A stretch of DNA of 55,668 nucleotides, the filler included, from Sphacelaria rigidula (lineage: Eukaryota): the NCBI GenBank assembly GCA_964200075.2. It is 4 parts of 4 records of this genome, joined end to end, with 100 filler letters (N's around TTAATTAATTAA, not from the genome) between each part and the next. Parts side by side here need not be neighbours in the genome. Positions count along the whole stretch, not along the records: positions 13,951 to 27,792 come from CAXNAA020002633.1; 3 more parts are not named here. One strand, written 5' to 3'. Shown here piece by piece: positions 13,851 to 25,229 of the stretch. The notes beneath the pieces are model-generated. The model made no database searches. It was given only the letters and a program-made list of their open reading frames with translations, and had not been told where the DNA came from. Each line of letters starts with the position of its first letter. Within the stretch, counting starts at the first letter, position 1. A program made the position numbers and the translations under genes.

Positions 13851-13950
13851 NNNNNNNNNNNNNNNNNNNNNNNNNNNNNNNNNNNNNNNNNNNNTTAATT
13901 AATTAANNNNNNNNNNNNNNNNNNNNNNNNNNNNNNNNNNNNNNNNNNNN
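13851..13950. other. Artificial contig-joining spacer N44-TTAATTAATTAA-N44
   Basis: Identical 100-nt structure at three places. The 12-mer puts stop codons in all six frames. Confidence 0.97.
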
Positions 13951-15030
13951 AGGGATGCGAGGTCAATGGTCTGATGACTATGGCATGCATGATCATGAGT
14001 ACACCCCCCCCCCCCTCGCGTGGTACCAGAACATGAAGCAAATCATTGGAGGCTGTCATCCAAACAATGCAAGATAGTCAGCATGCTTCGGACCGAACAA
14101 TGCTAGCAGGATGCAGCTCACCCGACTAGCCGAACACATCACGGCGCTTCGCGCATGGTGACTGATTGCGAGCCTGGTCCGGCGAAAACCCGGCGTGCCC
14201 CGTCCCGGCTTTGCAGGGAAGCGAGGTCCATGGTCATGTGACTGCGGCATGCAAGATCATGAGTATTTCCCCCTCGCGCCTTTTTGCTCCAACCGCATGA
14301 TGATGGTGGTCGAGCTATAGATCATTTTGTTCGGGGTGGAGAACCTGAACTCCGCGCAAAGGCGATGGTCGTACTGCGTCGTGGTTGTATCGCGAGACAC
14401 CCACGAGGCAGTGTGTAACCAGTGGCTGTCTCTGAAGTGGCGATGCTAGAAAATGAAGCAGCTCATTGTACGCTGTCACCCACATGTAAGATAGTCAGTG
14501 CGCTTCGGGTCGAACAATCTTTATCAGGCCGCTCCTTATAACAGACAAAAATAAAACTCTGGAAAAGTGACTTTTTGGAGCTTTTACATGGTTTTAGGCC
14601 CAAAAAGAGAGCTAGGCAAAGTGTGACACCTTGGAATGACTTGCTCTACTAGGTGAGGCGGTTCCAGGATATCCTCCCGTTTTCCGGTGGCCGCAGCTTT
14701 CATTTCAGCCAAACAAGAATTTTTGTTCAAGAACGGTCAAAAACCGTGATTTTTTCTAGATTCGACGGTTTTTGACCGTTCTTGGACAAAAATTCTTGTT
14801 TGGCTCAAATGAAAGCTGCGGCCACCGGAAAACGGGAGGATATCCTGGAACCACCTCAACTAGTAGAGCAAGTCATTCCAAGGTGTCGAACTCCGTCTAA
14901 GTCTCTTTTTGGGCATAAAATCACGTAAAAGCTCCAAAAGTTACTTTTCCAGATTTTCATTCTTGTCTGTTATAATAAGGAGCGGCCTCAGCGGGACGCA
15001 ACTCACCTTTCATGCGACTCGCCGAACACA
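13951..15030. repeat. Diverged tandem array (period ~420 bp) of the same repeat family, interrupted by a MITE
   Basis: atgaagca..tcattg...gctgtca.cca...aagatagtcag...gcttcgg..cgaacaat occurs at ~14033 and ~14453. The second unit resumes after the MITE at 14991 (gcgggacgcaactcacc...gccgaacacatc). Confidence 0.7.
14527..14987. mobile_element. 461-bp fold-back MITE, PIF/Harbinger (Tourist-like), 3-bp TSD TCA
   Basis: Termini GGCCGCTCCTTAT...ATAAGGAGCGGCC. Nearly the whole element is one inverted repeat centred near 14755. TCA lies at 14524-14526 and 14988-14990. Confidence 0.88.
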
Positions 15031-15940
15031 TCGTATCACTATATTTACTACAGTAGTAATTACTCGAGCTTTGTGTTTTTGGGTCAAATTACTTGGGTTC
15101 AGTGAAGCATCAAACTTAGTTGTTTTCGGTGTTGTTGCCAATAATAGCTGCGTGGCTCCGGGTTGGTCAATATTTACTACCCGTTGACTCCATCTGCTCT
15201 TTTTTTGCTCGTTTTCTGGGCTTCTACATTCTTTTATTCCTGCGTTATTTTTTTCACTTTTCTGCGCTTTTTCTGTGCCTTTTTTTGCTTTTCTGCGTAA
15301 TTTTAGTTTTGCGTTTTTTTTGTTTTCTGCACCTATTTTTTGTACATCGAAAGTAAAGCTAGGCTAGTAATACGGTCGGGGGCCGCGTGGGGAGCCTTTA
15401 TTCGACTTGACTTTTGAACCGAGCTCCCCACGTGGTTCCCGTCACTGAAAAGAGGAGGTCTGTCTGCCTGTCTGCAGTTTTTTTGCCCGGGGAAATTTGC
15501 AAGTCAAGTTTGCGCTGTCCTATCGGAAATCTCTACGCCAATTATGCTCAATCCTCTCTAAAATCTGTCGTATTTTCTGAAAATCTGCGACATATATCGG
15601 TTTTCCTGCTGTTTTTTTCGCGGTCATTTTTCTGCGCAAAAATCCGGAATTCTGCTTTTAAATTTTTCTGCGGCCGCAGATGAGTCACTGCTGGCTAATA
15701 TCCACTTCTCCTTCTCTTGTTGTAGTACAAGTTTGATTGGTGATAGCTGTCGTTCTCGGGATCCTCCAGCGAGACCGTACTGTCATGACCGTTTTTTTCT
15801 CGACATGACACCCAACAGGTGTCCACAACAGGAAGAGGCACTCAGAGCTCGAAAAGTAAAATCTCCGGTGAACTGTCTTCCGACAGTCTGTTCACCATGT
15901 CAGTTCAGTTGCTGGGGGCGCTGCTGGGACTGTAATAAGC

Positions 15941-16021
15941 AGAAATAACTTGAACGGAAATGAGAGACGCGCTGTGATCGACGAGCTCCTCGAGGGCAGC
16001 AAAAGCGGCAAGTTGATTCAT
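15941..16021 (+). pseudogene. Short remnant resembling the N-terminus of a plant/oomycete-type Tc1/mariner transposase
   Basis: RNNLNGNERRAVIDELLEGSKSGKLIH resembles the L-x3-E-R-R-A-[VI]-x3-L-L-x2-S-x2-G-K-L start of these transposases. A Tc1-like terminus (attattttggccacactactg|ta) ends at 16338. Confidence 0.45.
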
Positions 16022-17887
16022 CACAAAAAAATTATGGCAGTTAACGCAAAAAATGCAAAACCCCGGGGATGCAATGTAATCATCCCCTACCGGATGGATT
16101 TGGATCATCCCCCAATCACTTTTGCATCGGGAGGGTTTGTTAAACGTGAAAACATCGTACATTCGATCTGGAGGCACGATTTTGGAATCCCCAAATGTTC
16201 GTCATGTTTCCGAATAACCAAATACATACATGCTCGGTATTATATTTCCGAGCAGAGTGGTATACATGCTGGACGATAAAAAAAAGGCCGCGGGGAAATA
16301 TTGATTGCGGCCCATCCATTATTTTGGCCACACTACTGTACTACTCGTATGTGTGAGATCTCATCCACGAACCCTACGGAAGCGAGGCACCAAACTGCGA
16401 CTTGCATATACCGGGAGGCACATGCATTGAGATAGAGACAAGTGGTAGACAAGGAGTCCCCGAGAGGAGAACTGATATATATATATATATATATATTATA
16501 TATTAGTATTCATTTACAGACAGAACGATATATTATTGTGCAAACTCCGCGCAACTGCGTATAGCCAAGGACACACACACGGTGTATAGTCTATCAAAAA
16601 ACAGTTCTTTTGTAGCGCAATTTACTCGGATTTAAAAACAAGAAAAAACGAATCGAGTGTTCGTTTATCTTAACGATCAGGGTTGGTTCCATACACCGCC
16701 ACTGCAGTCCTGTACTCCGCCACCCGAAGATTTTTTGCTAGGTATTTCGCAGTATCTGAATCGCGGGTATGCAAGGGAGAGCTGATGTGATTATCGAAAG
16801 GGAAAAGCAAAACTTCCAAGGACCTCATGCGACCCCAGCCAACCGGTGAACCCGTACAATACGTCATTCAGATTTGAACGTAGGAGCGATTTCCTTCGGG
16901 AGTTTATCAAGGATACTTACTGTACTCTAGTCCGAAATTTGTAGTTTCAGTTTTTTCTCGGACAGCGGTACAACGTTCTTCGACTGTGAACGGTTAAGGA
17001 GGGTCGAGCAATCGAGCAATCGTTTCGGGCCAACAGACTAGTATTCCTCTGCGATCGCAACCGATGCCTCTTTGACTGACTGTCAATAAGCTTATGGTGA
17101 CATCGCATTCCACTGGCCTAGCCATGGCTCTACCACTCTAGTGTTACTTGTTGTGTCTTCCGATCTCCATTATAATTTGGAATCATTTGTTCACCGTGAT
17201 GGAGCCACCAAATAAGTCTCGGCAACCAGAAAGCCCTCACCCGTTGATTTCAACCCGATCGGTTTCAGCCCAAAAATGTCCGTCCGATTTGACCAGGGAT
17301 TTGACCGCACTTACTGTTTGTGTCCAGTGTTGTGTGGACTTGGTGTGCAGCTAATAATGATTCAAGTTAACACATTTGCATAACGATGATCTTGGAATCT
17401 TTGAGGCGATCCATCTACTCGCTCTTGGAACACTCGTTCGAGAACCAGATTCATGATGACGCTGCCGTCATGTACAACTCAGCATGCTTCCTGCCAAGCT
17501 GTTTTCAAGGAATATCAGTCAACCCCTGTGCGACAGGCAAACAAATCCCGTTTATGATATTGCGCGTGGACGGTTAACTTGTGAACGTTCAACAAACATT
17601 TTTTGCAACTGTCGTTATTTATTTGCGGACCCCTGATAGACCTGGTGTTTTTCGTAAAAGTTGACCGAGGACCCCGTTTAATCCGTGCGCTTAGAAAAAT
17701 CCTTGTGCCTACAAACCCTTCTGTTTGGTTCTTCGAAAAAAACACACATGCACGATTCTCAAAAAGGTACTGGGCCCACCTTTCATTACTGAGAGATCAT
17801 TCTCACAATACTTGCAACGAACCGGAGCACGAGACGACAGAGTACTGCCACATAAGCGCCTTGCGTATCAAGTAGCTCTGCTATCTG

Positions 17888-19647
17888 ATGGAATCGCCGA
17901 CAGCAATGGGGTCAAACCCCTTGCTGGCTGTCAGCAGCGGCAAACGAAGATCACCCGAGAAGTCAGACCGCGAAGTGTTCAACAGCTCCACGTCTACCGC
18001 TATCCCTACCCCAAGCTCACCCGGGGCGAAAGCATGGTCAGCCTCGACAAACCCGCCAATCACGGAGACAACAGCAGTGCCCTTGCACGAGCGTATACTT
18101 CCCCCAACCCTGGAAGAACTCGAGGAAATGGACCTGGCTAAGTCAATAGGCGAGAGAGAAAACCAGGATACGAGTGGTGATGATGAGTGCCCGACTCCCA
18201 CAGCATCGACTGCATCTCGAAGTCAGACAGGAGGACGCAATGGCAAGCGGGTCTCGAGGCAAGTCTCCAGGGTCTCTGGACTTGGTCGGGTGGCGCACGT
18301 TCCCGTCTTGTTGGATCAGACGCATGGAAGGCTGGTAGATACCTCTCCCGGGCGATCGTCCGGGCGATCGCCGATCCGAGTACCCTTGCAAGCGCCCATG
18401 CGATCGCCAATTCGAGCACCCGCGAGCACGCTACCCGAAGCCGATAAGATACCGAGACCCATGCGCACCCCCAAGGAAGAGGTGGGACCCCGTCCACGGC
18501 CTTTCAAGCGATCGACCTCAACGGGAAATCTCAGGCAACAAAGCTGGGAGCGCCGTCATGCTCCTGGCGCATCCGCGGCCGGTGACGACGGTATTAGTCA
18601 TGCTGAACGTAGGGGTGGTGCCCGCCGCGGTCCTCCCTTGACAGCAGCTGGTGGTGCTTCAAGACAGCAACGTATCCGACCTGTTTATCATGGGACCCCA
18701 TCATATCAGCAGCAAGATTTGTCCAAGAAAAGAGCCGAACGTCCCACCACTGGCTACCGCGCCGCTGGTCGCGGCCATGATGAGGATCAAGTTGTACGCG
18801 CCGAGGAGATGCGTGATGATCCTCAACAAGCGACCGCCATCGCCACCGCCACTGGCGGAAAGCCGCTTCGACGGCGCAGCAACTCCGCGCCTGATCTCGC
18901 GGCCCTGGAGTTTCAAGAGATGTGCCGTGAAGATGGTGAAGATGAACATTACGGTCGGGCCTACACCCCGAAACTGGATGGACCAGATGCAGAGGATTTG
19001 GAGGAACCATCCGAAAGCAAGTCGCCCGAAGACTCTGCCTCACTCGCGCAAGCTATCTGGGGTGGCGGTCTACCACCGAAGCGCGGTGTCATAGCCCAAG
19101 GTCCCGTGACTGCGCGCCAGGCGGCGGTCCGTGCACCTGTCTCGAAGGAACGCTTCAAGCCTGCGCCGAGCGGGCGTCCGTCTGTAGGACAAAAGTATCC
19201 GAGCAACGACAGAGAGAGCTTCGCGCGGACACTGAATGAGGAGGAGCTTGACGAGGTCTGGAGAGGACTGGGGGAAGGGGTGAGCCAGCGGGGGGCAGGG
19301 TCTGAAGTGGCATTTGATGGGGGGTCACCCCCAAGCCCCGATGGTACTGCGGTGAGTGGAGCCTTTCCCAAGTTGACGCACACCCTGCTCCAGCGGTTTG
19401 AGCAGATGGTGAAGGACGGAGGCGAGGAGCAGGGCCAAGAAGAGGGGGTGGACTTGAAGATTATGCCGCTGCCAAAGGGTGTAGCAGAAGATGGAAATAT
19501 GAAGGACGTGGAAGCTGGGACACTGCGGTCTAAGAAGAGCAGCAGCGGTTCTTCATCTGGAAGGACGACTTCGCTATTGAGCGCGGTGGTGTCATACGGA
19601 GTTCTGGTGCTGTTCATGGCGCATCTGGTCTTCAACATGATGATGCT
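17888..19647 (+). CDS. Exon 1 of the four-TM protein gene
   Basis: 587-codon ORF with an in-frame stop upstream of the ATG. S/P/R/G/E-rich, ending in a hydrophobic segment (LLSAVVSYGVLVLFMAHLVFNMM) at a phase-2 gtgagt donor. Confidence 0.9.
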
Positions 19648-22600
19648 GTGAGTTTTCAAACCCAGTTTTTTTCTAAATACCCACGACTATACTGTTTGCG
19701 ATGTGCTGCGCTGCTGTACCGTGCTGTTTTGTCCTCTGTTGATCCAGGAGTCATGAACTTGACATCCGAAAACTCCGTAGGTTTGTCGCCGTCAGGACCC
19801 ATGCGCATTGCTGATCACGGTAGTCTCAACATACTAACCCGTCTCAGCGGCGGGCCGATGCCTGACCAGCTGACCGCCAGCATGAGTCATCTGGTGAATC
19901 ATCAGTTAAACTCAAGAAATGACAGTATAGCCAGATGACCCACCCTCCCTGGCAAAATGTCAAGATATCAAATTCTTGAACTGACTGATCCTAGTCTTCG
20001 ACCTGGTTGGAGAATACTGTCACTGCTGAAAATGGCATCAACATTCTTGAGCCCGAACCCAGAGACTTGCCCTGGAAACCAAGTGTCCAGGCTCGGCCCT
20101 TGATGAGTGTGTACCCACCGATTGGTAACGTGGATGGCTATCGCGCAAGCATTTCGGCTTCTTGGCTAACTTGATGTCTGCGATCAGTACCGCGCTCGGC
20201 TGTATGCGCGTTCATCATGAACGTGGTGTGTGTCCCAAATTTTGATGTGACATGCGCGCCGTGCACACCAGATTGTATACCTTACACCTGGGTTACACTT
20301 TCTCAAATATTGTGTAATTCAGCAGTGCTGGAGTAATGCAGCCCTTGTTAAAAGTGTCGGTACAACGGAAGTTTGTCGGGTATCACAAATGCCCACCCGA
20401 GAACCAAACCTGTCACCCGCCCAGTTGCCGGCAAGATGGAACGATTGCGGTACGGCGGAATGACGATAGGAGGCGTTCCAAGCCGTAGCCACAGTACATT
20501 TTGACCAGTCTTGTCTTTTGGTAATGCAGAGTTTGATGAGTTTAGTGTGGGAGCAGTTGCCATGAAGACTCATCAAGATAAGGTGGCCCTGGTGCACTAG
20601 CTGAACTGAACCTCTCTGAGAGATTACCTCAGATTTACTGCCGATTTGGCGTCGGAACTATTTTTGCAAGCGATAGCAAGCGTACAAATATATACGATCA
20701 CGCCGATGTGAGGTACCATGCGTTCATGGCTTCTTGCTAAGCGGTGCACGCAGGCCACCGCTGGATATATAAAAAAAAAGGTAGTCGTTGCCTCTTTGAC
20801 AGTCTTGGTACTTTTGATCGGAGCAATGGTGGCACGTCCTGCAAGTTTGGATAAATTGGTTGTCACCCTGTCTTGACTCCCCACAAGTCTCCCTCCTACT
20901 ACTGACTGCACCGTACCTGTACCTAGCTGTCAAGAAGCCAAGACAAGGAAATACCAAATATGCAGTAATTGTAATACAAAACCCACCGGGTCATTCCTTG
21001 AGTGCATGCGGCCATTGCTGTCCATATCTGCTCACTGTTTGGCGACAGCGTCAGATGAGACGCCAGTACAAGCTGGGGGCGGGGTGGGAACGCAGACCTA
21101 TTTCACGACGGAGGGAAGTATATTTTTGTCCCCGTCCTCTGTAGCAGCATAGTGATCACACATATTCTGGTCAAATGAGGTTGAATGAAAAAATATGGCA
21201 TGAGAGACCAACATGTACCATTGAAATAGTCACCCCCTCTCCCTCCCTCGGCAGGCCTGGCATAGGCTACGCCTTGGGAAACTCATCTCGTATCCGGGTG
21301 TATTCCTCCAACCGGGCGGGACCGCATCCTTATCCTTGTTGAGAAGAGACTGGCCGTCGGCTAAACTATTCTGAGCCGAATCTCACAAATGAAAGATGAA
21401 CCGACAGTCCGATGCTCATGTACTGTCCTTCCTGTGCTCGTGTTACCTGTGTCGTGTTTCTCATTCCCCCACACCCTCTTTTCGCCCAACAACGTGACAA
21501 TCTGTACCGGCTGTTCTGGCAGCCTGGGCGTAGTCCGTGACTACGCGGTGTGGATGCTGTGCTTCTTGCCAGGGCTATTGGGTATTTCCTTGTCTGTGGG
21601 AGGGCTCCGCCGCGCGCAGCGCAAGCGGGAAATCCTTCCCTTGGAGCATGAGCGGAGACCAAGCGGGCCTCACCCGTGTTCTCTATTTTTGCACATGTTT
21701 CTGGTCGTGAGCGTCATGCTGTGCCTGGGCATGCACACTTCGGCTCTACTGTACTGTCAGGTATGTACGCGCGTGGTACGTGTATTAGAATCCATTTTTT
21801 CCCACTGGTCTCGCCTATTTCCGTTCACATTTTCCGACCACTCTTCGTTTGGTTCATCTTGTGTCGTGGTCGTCATATGTTTGAAACAAAAAGTGTTCCT
21901 GTTTGGTCATCTGCGACTCACCGATTTCATGATCTGACTGAGTTTGAACCGTATCATTTGGTGTAAAATTAATTCATCAATCGAATCGCTGAAACGGTGG
22001 TTGCTTTGGTTAGGAAGACTGGTATGTGCTGTGCTCCACACGAACATCCGACCTGTTTGTGCCTGCGGCCCGCGGCCGACTTTTCCGAAACGCTCTGGCC
22101 CTATAATCTTGTCATGTTTTGGAGCATGTCCACCGCAGGCGTAACTGGCCGTCTGTTGGACGGGTTGGCGCCAAAACGAACTTCTCGTGAATTTCAGTTT
22201 TGCCGCGAAAAATTGAACATCACAGCGTGCTGAGTTACATGGTTGAGCAGGCCCGACCTAGAGACGTTTCATATCGTGCATGAGGATAACGCGAAAGCTG
22301 ATCGAGGTCGCCCCCGGCACGTGCTACGTACAAACGAGTCGAATCAACGCTGTGAGCCTCCGCTTGAGCAGCAGGGGTTCGTGAGGGGGACACTCTCACC
22401 GCTGCGATTCCATACCCGTTGCGTGTACTGTGTGCAAAACCTCTGTTGATACCGCTCGGTTTGCTGTGCTACAGTAGGTGAAAAAACAACCCCGTGAACT
22501 TGGACAACCATCGAAACCTCATCCAACACTCACACACTCCGCTTCCAAAGAGCACACGCAAATCCTCCGAATATGTCACTCCGTTCAGCTTTTCACTAAC

Positions 22601-25229
22601 ATATGTGTGCCGACCGTGTAACTGCGCTACTGTCTTTACGTCATCACCGTTTCTTCATTGTACCGCCTGTTGGAGGTTATGCCGTCTTGAGACGGCAGCG
22701 CCGCTGGCTATGGCCAACACGAGAAACAACAGCCGGCGTCTGCGTGGTATTCGTCTCTTCAACACAGATGTTGTCTCTGAACCACGAATAACTATTCCGA
22801 CCCCCGGGGCAAAACAAAAATTGCGTCCTCCTGGAGGAGCACGGGTGCTAAAAACGTGTCTGATGAGACAACTCGATCAGTTCTCTCATTGTGGCCCGGG
22901 AGTAGTCGCTGCAGTACCACCACCCCTCGATGAGGTCCTCGAGAATCTGTGGAGCGAAACGTATTTTCAACAGGTGTTTTCATAGTTCCCGGCAGTCCGA
23001 AGAACTCCCGAAGTCTTTTCCTCGCGAAGGCAGATTCTCTTTGCAGCTGCCGTAGACGGGAAACATGAACCATCCCGTTGTCACGGGCACATACAAGGAT
23101 ATTTTCAACATTACGCAGTGACTGTTCTACGAATAGCCATTTTCCAGAGGCTGCTGATGTATGTTCGTGTGCCAGCACTGTACGAGCTGGGCCAGCCTAG
23201 AGGCTGGACGAAAGTTTGCAGGCGGATGCGTCGGCCAATATTTGGAGTTGGGCCGTTTCTTCCGGTTCGTATTTTGTTAGGCTTGTATTTTCCACTCTTC
23301 GTACATTTGACAAGGTTTTTGACCCCCCAAACAGGGGAAATCGCTACCAAACGTCTTGGACACTTTGTATCAACCCACCGAAGGGAGTCTAGCCCACTTT
23401 TCCGATTCGCTTGAGTCAGATTTCGAGAGCGGCCTCTGGACAAAAATACGAGGAAAACATATAATGCACAGTCTGTACGTATTTTCAAGCTGACCGGAAG
23501 AAACTGCTTTAAGGCCCTGAGATTTTAAAAAATCGGGAAGCAGCACCCGAAGTTTTTTTTTGTGAGTCACCTCTTAAACCGCGTAGTCTTCTTTTGAATC
23601 GGCATCAAATTCAAGTGAAAAAGAGTATGCATGGCCCAGAAAGACTAATCTCGCGTTCTAAGGGCTTAGGGCGTTTAACCGAAGCCTGAAAACTGATTAT
23701 TGCACTTAACTCACGACAACAACCAAAATGTTTGGGTGCTTCTTCCAAATTTTTTAGTTTGCTCCATGTGCATTGTCCATACCAAATTTCAGGGTCCAAC
23801 TCTGAATATTGCCCGGCGCATTCGCCTTTTGAGAATCGGATCAGTAGAAATTCGGAACAGTATTTCGCAGGCCCCTCGCTGGCCCACGTTTGGTTTTTGT
23901 TTGTTGAAATTTTGTGTGGGCCCTCGTCATCACATAATTAACCAAACTCTGGTCCAGATTTTTTCAATTCAGTTTTCCACCTGTTGAGGGCGTTTTAGTA
24001 TGGTGAAGTGAAGACCATTTCTTCACGAGAACGCCCCAACCTAAAAAAATAATAATGAAAAAACGCCTAAATTGACGCTATTTCCCTTGGGTATAGGAAT
24101 TACTATAGATGGGGTTTAATCAAGGAGAGAATATGGGCCCAAACCTTCGAGCAGATGGGTACCTTCCCCTTGACTAGACGATTAATACGACATGCGGATC
24201 ACGGCCCAACTCGTCTGTGTCGTTGAGATATCGCTTTTAGAGCTTGAATCCGTTCCTAGGCTGGCCCACCTTGTACCCCACCGGGGAATCATTATATGAA
24301 AGTGAGTGTACCATCTCCACATATGCATTCACTCACGGTACTCGGAATCTGGGCTGCAAGATAGCCGTCTTCAGGGCATTTCGACTGTGTATCGGTATTC
24401 GCTTCAGTTTAATTTTGCTTGTTGGTCGAAAGGAGCTGAAACTTGGTGCACATACTTCCTGTGTTGTTCCAAGCTACTGCACCGAGTTTCATGGGAGTGC
24501 CTTTGCCCACGGCCGAGAAATCCACAAGCAAAGTTTCTTTACAAAGTGCAATGATTTTTGTATGCGTGTAAGTGCGGGCATTCCGTTGTGTGTGTATATA
24601 TATATACATACTTTCGCTCAAGATTACTTTGTGTACTACTGTCTGGCACAAAAAAGACGTTTCCAGGAAACAAACATGTTGGCGATGCCTTCTCAGAGAT
24701 GCTGGATCATCAACCACTGTACGGACCGCTGCAATTTTTAACCAGGTAGTGGGCAGATTTGGCTTGTGTCTTCTCCTGAAGGCTCAAAACTTGTTTTTAG
24801 TGAGCATGAACAGTGTGCCGATCGTATATCCACTGATCTATTTCACGCAGAGGTACGGCGAAACGCATGCACGCACTTTCGTACTAATCCTTTCTCCAGG
24901 CAAACAGTCTCGAATAAATACACGTCCGCACACAAGTTTTGCGCGCCTCGCCTGTTCCCCTTCATTTCATTTATAACCCTACGCACAGTCACATGGTGCA
25001 CCGATCGCTCCCGCCGACCGATTTTGCCACATGCTACAATACACGCGCCCTGTTCGTTCGTCCTTCCCGACAACTGCAGAATGGCATGCAGCTCTTCGTC
25101 CATGAGGAAGTCGTGGAGAGGCTGTGCGACGACAGTTCCCTTCTGCTCCCGGTCGTCCTAGATGGCGTTTTGCTATCGGTTGCAGGTCTCAAGATCAGTA
25201 GCCTATGTTGGGCATGGGTACTTTCTTGA
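17888..25229 (+). CDS. Three-exon gene, 715-aa protein of unknown function: ~565-aa disordered N-terminus plus four C-terminal transmembrane helices
   Basis: Exons 17888-19647, 21523-21760 and 25080-25229 splice in frame (1760+238+150=2148 nt) with CT|gtgagt, ggcag|C, CAG|gtatgt and ctgcag|AAT junctions. Confidence 0.8.
21523..21760 (+). CDS. Exon 2 of the four-TM protein gene
   Basis: Phase 2 to 0. LGVVRDYAVWMLCFLPGLLGISLSVGGL...CSLFLHMFLVVSVMLCLGMHTSALLYCQ contains two hydrophobic helices. Confidence 0.82.
25080..25229 (+). CDS. Exon 3 (terminal) of the four-TM protein gene
   Basis: Pyrimidine-rich acceptor ...caactgcag|, phase 0: NGMQLFVHEEVVERLCDDSSLLLPVVLDGVLLSVAGLKISSLCWAWVLS-stop. 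Confidence 0.72.
   Translation, partial: NGMQLFVHEEVVERLCDDSSLLLPVVLDGVLLSVAGLKISSLCWAWVLS

Noticed and set aside
13895-13906. TTAATTAATTAA palindrome as a biological site
   Set aside because: It is centred in identical N44 blocks three times; this is an assembly linker.
18961-19659. 232-aa minus-strand ORF and other ORFs overlapping 17888-19651
   Set aside because: Antisense or alternate-frame shadows of a GC-rich exon, with no independent motifs or splice support.
22240-24130. ORFs in intron 2 of the four-TM gene as a transposase
   Set aside because: No recognisable catalytic motif in the frames I read. Probably old non-autonomous repeats.
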